From: an uncultured Flavobacteriia bacterium
GTDB lineage: Bacteria > Bacteroidota > Bacteroidia > Flavobacteriales_D > Crocinitomicaceae
Reading direction: 5' to 3'
NCBI GenBank assembly: GCA_903928365.1
Contig: CAIYQV010000190.1
Coordinates: forward strand, 1-42,949
DNA: 42,949 nt
In this document: in pieces, positions 17,149-25,121 of the stretch
Layout of the letters: each line of letters opens with the position of its first letter
Position numbering within the stretch: the stretch's first letter is position 1
Notes under the pieces: generated by a model
What the model was told of the DNA's origin: nothing
Databases searched by the model: none
The model's input: the letters and a program-made list of their open reading frames with translations, nothing else
Position numbers and translations under genes: made by a program

Positions 17149-17178
17149 TTACTTCTTAGAGGTAATAAATTACTTCTT
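17149..17178. promoter_or_regulatory. Perfect 9-bp direct repeat TTACTTCTT-N12-TTACTTCTT, candidate LytTR operator
   Basis: Copies at 17149-17157 and 17170-17178, 21-bp period, extended match TTACTTCTTnGA. Lies 222 bp past the stop of the LytTR regulator gene. Confidence 0.5.
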
Positions 17179-17272
17179 TGAAGGGGGAGAATAAGAACTG
17201 TTATACTCTTAAATCAAACTAGAAAATGAAAACTGCCTCTCCAAGCAGCAAATCTCCCCATATTTCAAAGCC

Positions 17273-17288
17273 CTAAGAAGATAACCTG
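17273..17288. repeat. Inverted third copy of the repeat context (CTAAGAAGATAACCTG)
   Basis: Reverse complement of 17145-17159 (CTAAGAAGTAACCTG) matches 17273-17288 apart from a single 1-nt insertion. Confidence 0.6.
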
Positions 17289-17400
17289 ATTTCTCTCCTT
17301 ATTTCTACAATGAAGATAGAAACGATTTTCAATTCGGGTGATTGAAATGAACATTCACAGCGTATGAATGAACAAAATACCTTTTTGAATTATTTTTTAA

Positions 17401-18144
17401 TCAAAGGTTTTCCAGAAACTGAAAAAAGAGGTCGCGTTTATTTGGACTTAAAGGAACTTCAGAACCATCTTTCATAACGACTGAACCACCATTCCCCTTA
17501 TCATATCGATCAACAAAATTCAGATTGATCAAATGAGATTGTTGTATGCGCAGAAAATGATGTGAAGCCAGTATCGTCTCGAAATCTTTCAATGTTTTCG
17601 AAACAAGAATTTTTTTTCCGCCAGTTAAATAGAACTGGGTATAGTTACGGTCTGCCTCGCAACGAATGATCTCATCAAGTTCCACCACATGCACACTTTC
17701 CTGGGTTTTCAAGACAAGTTTGCGTTTTTGATTGGGTTGGATATTATGCTGTAGTGCTTCAAACTGACTTTCTTCTTTTTTATGATCAACAGCATGAATG
17801 GCTCTTTCAAGCGAAGAACGAAGTTCCTCAGGGTCTATGGGTTTGAGTAGGTAATCCAGCGCACTGAATTTTATTGCTTTAATAGCAAATTCTTCATGCG
17901 CTGTGATGAAGATCACTTCAAAATCTTTGAAATCAACGTTTCTTAACACATCAAATCCGGTACCGTCTGGCATTTGCACATCGAGAAAGACGATATCCGG
18001 ATGAATCGAATTGATTTGTTCGATGCCCGAGCGAACATTCTCTCCCATTGGATAAGTAGCTATGTCAAGATCAAAAGACTCGATCATACGTGCGATCAGT
18101 TCCCTTGTTCTTTTCTCATCGTCAATGATAAGTGCTTTTTTCAT
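17401..18144 (-). CDS. Two-component response regulator, LytTR DNA-binding family
   Basis: Receiver domain (ALIIDDE, DIVFLDVQMPDGTGFD, DYLLKP). C-terminal LytTR domain (IIRCEADRNYTQFYL...HFLRIQQSHLINLNFV). Confidence 0.9.
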   Translation of the reverse strand: MKKALIIDDEKRTRELIARMIESFDLDIATYPMGENVRSGIEQINSIHPDIVFLDVQMPDGTGFDVLRNVDFKDFEVIFITAHEEFAIKAIKFSALDYLLKPIDPEELRSSLERAIHAVDHKKEESQFEALQHNIQPNQKRKLVLKTQESVHVVELDEIIRCEADRNYTQFYLTGGKKILVSKTLKDFETILASHHFLRIQQSHLINLNFVDRYDKGNGGSVVMKDGSEVPLSPNKRDLFFQFLENL

Positions 18145-20372
18145 GGTTTAGAAGGAGCTAAATTATCCTCTTTGAAGGGTAACGAAATTAATACTTTTGT
18201 TCCTGTTTTCCTATCTGAATCAAGATCCTGAACGTCAAGGTAGCCTTCGGTGCCGTATTTATTGTTCAGGTTCTGAATGCGTTCTCGAGTAATTTCCATA
18301 GCCATGCTCTTGTGGTCCTTACTTTTCTTGTTCTGTTCTGCTCCCGAACGACCGATCCCGTTATCTTCGATCGTGACTTCGAGCAATTTGCCGTTTCGTT
18401 TAAATCGGATGTCTATATATCCATTTTCGATGGTGTGAAGTTGACCATGTTCTATGGCATTCTCAATAAATGGCTGGGTAATCATCGGCGGAATCGCGGC
18501 ATGTTCTGTGAGGATATCCTCTGCTACTTCAATTCGAAACACAAAGCGATCACCAAAACGTAATTTCTGAGTTTCAAGATATTTCTGAAGAATTTCCACT
18601 TCTGTTTCAATAGGAATGAACTCTTTGGGAGAATTCTCCAGAATCAACCGCATTAAACGGGAAAAGTTGACCAGGAATTTCGATGAATTCACGGTGTCGT
18701 TTTCATAGATATAGCTTTGAATTACGGACATAGCATTAAATACAAAATGCGGATTCATTTGTGCTCGCAAAAGTGTTTGTGACATCTCAGCTTCACGCTG
18801 CTGCTGCTTGATCTTTACCTGATTCGTTCGGTAGAAATAAATGATCCCAGCAAGGACCGAAACGACAAGTAATGCAATGATGATATATAATTGAAAATTA
18901 TTTCTCAACTGACTGTTTTCCAGTTTAGTTTCCGTCAGGATCTTGTTTTTCTGCTGTTGTTCAATGGAATCGGCTTGTGTTTGTATCAATCTGAAGCGCT
19001 GCTCTGAACGGTAATTCTCACTGAGATCTGCGATCTTTTTTGTCGCCATTACGAGAGAGTTACTATCCATGTAGTTCACATATTTCTTCAGGTAAATAAG
19101 GGATTTGGCAGCCTGATCGAGATCCTGATAAACTTCCGACATAACCCGATAACTTTCATAGATCTGATTCTGGTTGCCAGATTTTTTCCGGATTTCTACC
19201 GATCTTTCCAAGTAATGCAGGGCATTCAGAAATTTCTTTTGTTGAATAAAAACCGTTCCTACATTATGATAAACTTCTGCGATCTTTTCTTGATTTCCGG
19301 TGGATTCAAAAAATACAAGAGCCTTGTTAAGACTGATTGCTGCTTGAGCATAATCCTTTTTCTCGCGGTTGACCATTCCGAGTAAATTGTATGCCTCACC
19401 CAGTCCATTCGCATCACCTTGCTTATTTAAGATATGCATGGCTTGATTCACTTTTGTGATAGCCGCGCCGTACTCTTTTCGCTCATAACGTATGTAACCT
19501 ATACTTACAAGTGAGAGTCCCATTTGCCTGTAATCCGCTATTTGTCTGGAATAATTGAACGACCTTGTCAGATAGAATTCAGCATCATCCAGGTTGCGGA
19601 TTAAACGTTGTGACATCCCGATCTCCCGATAATACAGCGCGAGGTGATACAAGTCTCCTGTTTTTTCTGCCCAGTCCGCAGCCAGGATATTTTTTGCCAC
19701 GCTTAGTTCAATTTGTCCGAAGTGATAATAGATCGCGGACTGCGTATTCAGACATTCATCCAGCATTTTTTTACCGGAGGATCGTCGGCCGTACTTGAGT
19801 GCCATGTCCGAAAAATAAAGCGCAGAGTCTTTGTTGTTCTGAAGCATGTAATGCAATGCCATGAAATTGTAATTATCCGCAATGTCCGCATTAATGCGTT
19901 TTTTGAGCGCGATCGAACTGGCAGTTTCAAGATAGAACTTCGCTGCGCCGAATTCATGAGCAATACTGTGGTAATACCCTAAATGATGATAGAGGGTGTA
20001 GATGACGCGATCTGATTTTAACTTGTTGAGAAACGGCTGACATGCAAGAATGTCCTTGAAGTATTCTTCCTGGTTACCTTCTAAACGGTTTACCTCAGCA
20101 CTGAACATCAGGGCGCTGAATCGTATAGAATCTTCAAATTGCCGGCTTTTTGCGAGCAACACATGACTCATAGAATCTGCTCGGTGGATATGAATGGTTT
20201 TATAATATTCACCCAAAGACAACATTCTCAAATACTGCTTTTTAGGATTACGTTCCAGACGAATGGATTGGATCAGTTTTTTCTCATAGGCGGTCTGGGA
20301 ATTCCCTTGTAAACTAAACAACAAGAGAATGGCAAGAAACAGGCGGACACGTTTTAGGAGAAAACAGTTCAT
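18141..20372 (-). CDS. Sensor histidine kinase, LytS/YehU type, with large N-terminal TPR sensor region
   Basis: Signal peptide. About 450 aa of TPR-like repeats, single TM YIIIALLVVSVLAGIIYFY, His_kinase motif NPHFVFNAMSVIQ, ATPase motifs IENAIEHG and EDNGIG. ATGA overlap with the regulator gene. Confidence 0.85.
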   Translation of the reverse strand: MNCFLLKRVRLFLAILLLFSLQGNSQTAYEKKLIQSIRLERNPKKQYLRMLSLGEYYKTIHIHRADSMSHVLLAKSRQFEDSIRFSALMFSAEVNRLEGNQEEYFKDILACQPFLNKLKSDRVIYTLYHHLGYYHSIAHEFGAAKFYLETASSIALKKRINADIADNYNFMALHYMLQNNKDSALYFSDMALKYGRRSSGKKMLDECLNTQSAIYYHFGQIELSVAKNILAADWAEKTGDLYHLALYYREIGMSQRLIRNLDDAEFYLTRSFNYSRQIADYRQMGLSLVSIGYIRYERKEYGAAITKVNQAMHILNKQGDANGLGEAYNLLGMVNREKKDYAQAAISLNKALVFFESTGNQEKIAEVYHNVGTVFIQQKKFLNALHYLERSVEIRKKSGNQNQIYESYRVMSEVYQDLDQAAKSLIYLKKYVNYMDSNSLVMATKKIADLSENYRSEQRFRLIQTQADSIEQQQKNKILTETKLENSQLRNNFQLYIIIALLVVSVLAGIIYFYRTNQVKIKQQQREAEMSQTLLRAQMNPHFVFNAMSVIQSYIYENDTVNSSKFLVNFSRLMRLILENSPKEFIPIETEVEILQKYLETQKLRFGDRFVFRIEVAEDILTEHAAIPPMITQPFIENAIEHGQLHTIENGYIDIRFKRNGKLLEVTIEDNGIGRSGAEQNKKSKDHKSMAMEITRERIQNLNNKYGTEGYLDVQDLDSDRKTGTKVLISLPFKEDNLAPSKP

Positions 20373-20430
20373 TCTGTACTAAAATAGCGTTTTACTCGCA
20401 CATGGCCTCTATTTGGCCTAAGCAAATCGT

Positions 20431-20438
20431 TATCTTTG
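20431..20438 (+). promoter_or_regulatory. Bacteroidota -7 box TATCTTTG upstream of leuS
   Basis: Exact TAnnTTTG match 24 nt upstream of ATG 20462. TTTG at 20412-20415 is a possible -33 element. Confidence 0.4.
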
Positions 20439-20461
20439 CCATCGAATTTAAGGAACGTAAA

Positions 20462-23257
20462 ATGGAGTACGACTTTCGGGAGATCGAATCAAGATGGCAA
20501 AAGTTTTGGGCGGAAAACAGAACATTTAAAGTTGATAAAGAAACAGATCGCAAAAAATACTACGTTCTGGACATGTTTCCTTATCCGTCCGGAGCAGGAT
20601 TGCATGTCGGACATCCACTGGGATATATTGCTTCAGATATTTTTTCACGTTACAAAAGACTTCGTGGATATAATGTGTTGCATCCAATGGGATATGACTC
20701 TTTCGGACTTCCTGCTGAGCAGTATGCAATCCAGACTGGTCAACACCCCGCCCTCACTACGGAACAAAATATCGCTCGCTACCGCCAGCAAATGGATCAA
20801 CTTGGGTTCTGTTTCGACTGGAATCGTGAAGTGCGCACTTCGGAACCTGCCTATTACCGATGGACACAATGGATTTTCCTGGAATTATTTAATAGTTGGT
20901 ACAACCCAAGAACAAATAGAGCAGAATCAATTGACTCGCTTATTGAGATATTCTCCAATGAAGGATTGAATTTAAATGCATCTGACATTCTTACCGGAGA
21001 CATTGAAAAAGAATTAAAGACTTTTTCTGCGACAGAGTGGAATGCGTTTACTGAAGTTCAAAAGCGAGAGGTACTGATGTATTTCCGATTGGCTTACCTC
21101 GGCGAAGCATATGTCAACTGGTGTCCCGCCTTGGGAACAGTATTAGCGAATGATGAAGTGATCAATGGTGTTTCAGAAAGAGGTGGTCACCCGGTTGAGC
21201 GTAAACTGTTAAAGCAATGGAGCATGCGTATCACTGCGTATGCACAACGCCTGCTGGACGGACTTGACACATTAGACTGGACAGATAGCATCAAGGAATC
21301 GCAAAGGAACTGGATTGGTCGAAGCGAAGGCGCTTCGTTGCGTTTTCCGATTCAAGACCGGGAAGGATCCGTTGAAGTGTTTACAACACGTCCGGATACT
21401 ATTTTTGGAGTTGCATTTGTTACCCTTGCGCCAGAGCATGAATTAGTTAATTCATTAACTACTGATGAGCAACGTGCGGAGGTAGAAGCTTATGTGAATA
21501 CGGCTAAAAACCGAAGTGAACGTGAACGAATGGCGGATGTGAATACCATCAGTGGAGTATTTACAGGCTCTTACGTTTCGCATCCTTTCACGGGTCAACC
21601 TGTGCCGATCTGGGTGGGTGACTATGTCTTAGTGGGCTATGGAACGGGGGCAGTTATGGCTGTTCCTGCGCATGATGAAAGGGATTATAAGTTTGCGAAA
21701 CATTTTGGTCTTCCGATCAAACAAGTGATTGAACCCACAAGAGAATTTGATCTTCAAAAAGACGCCTGGACAGATAAAGAAGGTGTTTTGATCAATTCAG
21801 AAATATTGAATGGACTGGAGGTTAAAAAAGCGATTCCGAAAGCCATAGAAGCCATAGAAGAGCATGGCTTTGGCAAAAAACGCATCAATTATCGTTTGCG
21901 CGATGCGGTATTTGGTCGCCAGCGTTATTGGGGAGAACCTATTCCTATTTATTACAAAGAAGGAGTTCCATATGCGCTTTCAGCAGATGAGTTGCCATTG
22001 ACCTTGCCTGAAGTGGACAAATACCTACCTACGGAAGATGGTGAACCGCCATTGGCTCGTGCTTCGAATTGGAAATATCAGGGAGTCTATGATTACGAAC
22101 ACTCTACCATGCCTGGTTGGGCGGGGAGCTCCTGGTACTTTTTGCGTTACATGGACCCACAAAATACAGGAACCTTTGCCTCTAACGCAGACACAGCATA
22201 CTGGAACCAGGTGGATCTTTACATTGGTGGTGCAGAGCACGCTACAGGCCACTTACTTTATGCTCGTTTCTGGACCAAGGTGCTGTTCGATCTCGGACAC
22301 ATTCCTTTCCAGGAACCTTTCCAGAAAATGATCAATCAGGGTATGATCCTCGGTAAAAGTAGTTTTGTATATCGAATCAATGGCTCCAATTCTTTCGTGA
22401 CGTTCTCCAAGAAGGAAGAATATCAAACTACCCCTATTCATGCCGATATCTCCCTTGTCGATAATGGAAAACTAGATATTGATGGTTTCCGAAAGTGGCG
22501 TTCTGAATTTGCAGAATCCGAATTCATCTGTGAAGAAGACGGCTCTTACCTTTGCGGAACGGAAGTCGAAAAGATGTCCAAGAGCAAGTACAACGTACAA
22601 ACTCCAGACGAACTCGTAGAAAAATTTGGGGCGGATACACTTCGTATGTACGAGATGTTTCTTGGGCCTTTAGAGCAAAGCAAACCGTGGGATACTAAAG
22701 GGATCAATGGAGTGCATAATTTCCTTCGCAAACTATGGCGTTTGTTCCACGATCAGGAAGGACAAATAGTTGTTGAGAACGGTGAAGCTCCGAAAGAGGC
22801 ATTGAAAACCCTTCACAAAACCATCAAAAAGATGCAAGATGACCTGGAGCGTTTCTCATTCAATACCGGTGTCTCCAATTTTATGATCTGCGTAAATGAG
22901 CTTTCAGAACAGAAATGCCATAATCATCTTATTTTGAAGGAACTGGTCATCATGCTGAGCCCCTACGCACCGCACATCAGTGAAGAATTGTGGGTAAAAC
23001 TAGGATATGAATCCGGTACAGTTGGTAAGCAGCATTTCCCGGCATTCAACGAATCTTTTTTGGTGGAATCCAGTTTTGCCTATCCGGTTTCCTTTAATGG
23101 AAAAATGCGTTTTAAAGCGGAATTGTCTCTGGATTTGAATGCTGATGAGGTGCAGAAAGCAATCCTTTCGAGAGAAGATACACAGAAATGGCTCGAGGGC
23201 AATGCTCCAAAAAAAGTCATAGTAGTTCCTGGAAAGATTGTGAATATTGTGATGTAA
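20462..23257 (+). CDS. leuS: Leucine--tRNA ligase
   Basis: ATG 20462 (MEYDFREIESRWQKFW). HIGH-type motif HVGHPLGY, KMSKS motif EKMSKSKYN, CP1 editing region. Confidence 0.97.
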   Translation: MEYDFREIESRWQKFWAENRTFKVDKETDRKKYYVLDMFPYPSGAGLHVGHPLGYIASDIFSRYKRLRGYNVLHPMGYDSFGLPAEQYAIQTGQHPALTTEQNIARYRQQMDQLGFCFDWNREVRTSEPAYYRWTQWIFLELFNSWYNPRTNRAESIDSLIEIFSNEGLNLNASDILTGDIEKELKTFSATEWNAFTEVQKREVLMYFRLAYLGEAYVNWCPALGTVLANDEVINGVSERGGHPVERKLLKQWSMRITAYAQRLLDGLDTLDWTDSIKESQRNWIGRSEGASLRFPIQDREGSVEVFTTRPDTIFGVAFVTLAPEHELVNSLTTDEQRAEVEAYVNTAKNRSERERMADVNTISGVFTGSYVSHPFTGQPVPIWVGDYVLVGYGTGAVMAVPAHDERDYKFAKHFGLPIKQVIEPTREFDLQKDAWTDKEGVLINSEILNGLEVKKAIPKAIEAIEEHGFGKKRINYRLRDAVFGRQRYWGEPIPIYYKEGVPYALSADELPLTLPEVDKYLPTEDGEPPLARASNWKYQGVYDYEHSTMPGWAGSSWYFLRYMDPQNTGTFASNADTAYWNQVDLYIGGAEHATGHLLYARFWTKVLFDLGHIPFQEPFQKMINQGMILGKSSFVYRINGSNSFVTFSKKEEYQTTPIHADISLVDNGKLDIDGFRKWRSEFAESEFICEEDGSYLCGTEVEKMSKSKYNVQTPDELVEKFGADTLRMYEMFLGPLEQSKPWDTKGINGVHNFLRKLWRLFHDQEGQIVVENGEAPKEALKTLHKTIKKMQDDLERFSFNTGVSNFMICVNELSEQKCHNHLILKELVIMLSPYAPHISEELWVKLGYESGTVGKQHFPAFNESFLVESSFAYPVSFNGKMRFKAELSLDLNADEVQKAILSREDTQKWLEGNAPKKVIVVPGKIVNIVM

Positions 23258-23262
23258 TTATC

Positions 23263-23298
23263 GTTGGGACTGTAGTTTATTTCTCGCGAGATCCCGAC
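23263..23298 (+). terminator. Weak hairpin downstream of leuS
   Basis: GTTGGGA (23263-23269) pairs with TCCCGAC (23292-23298). The loop contains the perfect palindrome TCTCGCGAGA. Only a short T-run (cattttg) follows. Confidence 0.3.
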
Positions 23299-23497
23299 AC
23301 CTCATTTTGAATTACATCTGAAGGCTCGATCAAGTATGCTCGTTAGTGCATCTTGAATCTTTTGCTTCCAAAGAATGCGTTCACCAGTGACTGGTAAATG
23401 CTATTTGATTAATTCACTCGTTTTATCTAAATTTCATTTAAAATCTGAATTGGCACAGCCTTTGATTGTTGCCGGAACACACAAATTAAACCGTGTT

Positions 23498-24286
23498 ATG
23501 AAAAAGATCGCATTTTACTTAGGAGCACTAATGCTGGTGCTGACGATGTCTAGTAGTACAGAAGTAACCTATCCGACCGTTGTGAACAAAGCGTTTCAGG
23601 TGGGAGAAAAACTACGTTACCGCGTTACTTATGGATTTATGGATGCAGGAGAGGCTGTTCTCGAGCTAAAATCAACAACGAAAAAAGGAGCAAACAGAGA
23701 ATTGCTACACGCTGTTGGAACCGGACGCACTCTAGGAGGATTCAATGCTTTTTATAAGGTGACCGATACCTATGAAACCTATCTTGACAAAAAAGGGGTT
23801 TTTCCTTGGTTTTTTGTCCGTCGAGTGGATGAAGGAGGGTACAAGATCAATCAGGATTATGCATTCAAGCATGACAAATACAAAGTAGACAACGGTAAAG
23901 GAAAAGAATATAAGATTCCTATCGGGATACAAGATATGATCTCCTCTTTTTATTATGCACGAACCTTGAATTACAAAGACATTAAAGTTGGTAAGACGTT
24001 TGAATTCAAATGCTTTATGGATGATGCCATCTGGAATTTAAAGATCAAGTATGTGGGTGATGAAACGATCACTATTCGCAAGGGTAAATTCAAATGTCAT
24101 AAGTTCGTTCCTGTTGTACAGACAGGTCGTTACTTCAAGAGTGAGGAGGACGTTAATTTCTGGGTAACAAGTGATGACAATAAAATCCCGGTCCTTGTGA
24201 AAGCTAAAATTCCCGTGGGTGTGGTAAAAATGCACTTAGTGGAGTGGAGCGGTTTAAAAAATGAGCTGAAAAGCAAAGTGAAATAA
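23498..24286 (+). CDS. DUF3108-like secreted protein
   Basis: ATG 23498 (MKKIAFYLGALMLVLTMSSS signal peptide). GEKLRYRVTYGFMDAGEAVLEL is typical of the N-terminal strand pattern of DUF3108 proteins. Confidence 0.65.
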   Translation: MKKIAFYLGALMLVLTMSSSTEVTYPTVVNKAFQVGEKLRYRVTYGFMDAGEAVLELKSTTKKGANRELLHAVGTGRTLGGFNAFYKVTDTYETYLDKKGVFPWFFVRRVDEGGYKINQDYAFKHDKYKVDNGKGKEYKIPIGIQDMISSFYYARTLNYKDIKVGKTFEFKCFMDDAIWNLKIKYVGDETITIRKGKFKCHKFVPVVQTGRYFKSEEDVNFWVTSDDNKIPVLVKAKIPVGVVKMHLVEWSGLKNELKSKVK

Positions 24287-24312
24287 AGGAAGCGCTTCGG
24301 CGCTTTTCTTTT
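24287..24312 (+). terminator. Intrinsic terminator after the DUF3108 gene
   Basis: AAGCGC (24289-24294), loop TTCG, GCGCTT (24299-24304), followed by ttcttttg. Confidence 0.75.
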
Positions 24313-24404
24313 GCAGAAAAGATTCGAAAGGTTATTAAAAAAGTGCTTTTGAAAAAAAAAATAATGCTGGAAAGTCAAAAGTGCGTTTAATTTAACAATT
24401 CCTT

Positions 24405-24412
24405 TAAATTTG
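24405..24412 (+). promoter_or_regulatory. Bacteroidota -7 box TAAATTTG
   Basis: Exact TAnnTTTG match 16 nt upstream of ATG 24428. It overlaps the ORF-track TTG start at 24410, which argues for the ATG start. Confidence 0.45.
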
Positions 24413-24427
24413 CTCCAAAATCAGTCA

Positions 24428-24712
24428 ATGGACAGCGAATTTGTGTTGGTTGAAAAAGAAGAGGTAGCACGGTTGAAATTTCCGAAAACGGATGTGTTGC
24501 GCTCTGAAAAAGACCGTAAAAGTTTGCAGGCTGAACTGGACAGAGCGATGGCTTTAGGAAATCTGGAACATCACAAAGTGAAGATCTACTTTGAGGATGA
24601 TAAAAAGAAAAGAGTTGTTCATACAACCATTTGGGCACTTACAGATAAGGCGATTGTTTTGAAACAGAGTGTCATTTTACCATTGAACAGAATCTATAAG
24701 TTGGAAATATAA
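24428..24712 (+). CDS. Small conserved hypothetical protein (94 aa)
   Basis: ATG 24428 preferred over TTG 24410. No recognised domain. I recall the GNLEHHKVKIYFEDD...TTIWALTD pattern from other Bacteroidota hypotheticals, but this is unverified. Confidence 0.5.
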   Translation: MDSEFVLVEKEEVARLKFPKTDVLRSEKDRKSLQAELDRAMALGNLEHHKVKIYFEDDKKKRVVHTTIWALTDKAIVLKQSVILPLNRIYKLEI

Positions 24713-24722
24713 AATAAGTCAC

Positions 24723-25070
24723 ATGTCAAAGAGAAGAGCGATCATCAGTTATGACAAACTAACCATTGAGCAGAAAAAACAAATTTTACGCGATTTTCCA
24801 GATGGATATATCAACCATTTGACTTCCATAAAAACGCCTACGGGTGAAACACTGGATGCTTTGATCTGGGAAACGGATGAGGTGATTTATCTTGTAAAAA
24901 TCAATAAAGTTGCTCCGAAACCAGCGGCAGTCGATGATGAGGAGGAAGAGTTTGAAGATGATTTCGACAAGGTAGACGGTATGAAAGAAGACGAGATGGA
25001 TTCTGATGACGAAGAAGAAGATGAATACGACAAACCGGATGAAGATGCCGGAGAGGAAGACGAAGATTAA
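24723..25070 (+). CDS. Small hypothetical protein with poly-acidic C-terminal tail
   Basis: 115 aa. Globular N-terminal ~65 aa (ISYDKLTIEQKKQILRDFPDGY...VIYLVKI), then ~45 aa that are almost entirely D/E. 10 nt downstream of the previous gene. Confidence 0.55.
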   Translation: MSKRRAIISYDKLTIEQKKQILRDFPDGYINHLTSIKTPTGETLDALIWETDEVIYLVKINKVAPKPAAVDDEEEEFEDDFDKVDGMKEDEMDSDDEEEDEYDKPDEDAGEEDED

Positions 25071-25075
25071 TAGCA

Positions 25076-25105
25076 TAAAAAAGCCGCGATTAGCGGCTTT
25101 TTTTA
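25076..25105. terminator. Bidirectional intrinsic terminator between the small-gene pair and lepA
   Basis: A5, AAGCCGC (25081-25087), loop gatta, GCGGCTT (25093-25099), T7. Confidence 0.8.
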
Positions 25106-25121
25106 TAGATGATTAAGAGGT

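Noticed and set aside
17226-17276. A 16-codon ORF (MKTASPSSKSPHISKP) considered as a quorum-sensing peptide precursor gene.
   Set aside because: It was not called as a CDS. It is too short to evaluate, has no double-glycine or other leader motif, and has no convincing promoter box upstream on the plus strand. It is kept only as a hypothesis inside the inverted-repeat finding.
20436-20969. A 177-aa ORF and many other 60-140-aa ORFs (e.g. 1262-1570, 1775-2146, 3889-4263, 30514-30867, 34376-34789) nested in or antisense to long genes.
   Set aside because: Each lies inside a CDS that has strong family motifs in another frame. Their translations are low-complexity or Arg/Ser/Cys-rich with no motifs, so they look like typical shadow ORFs.
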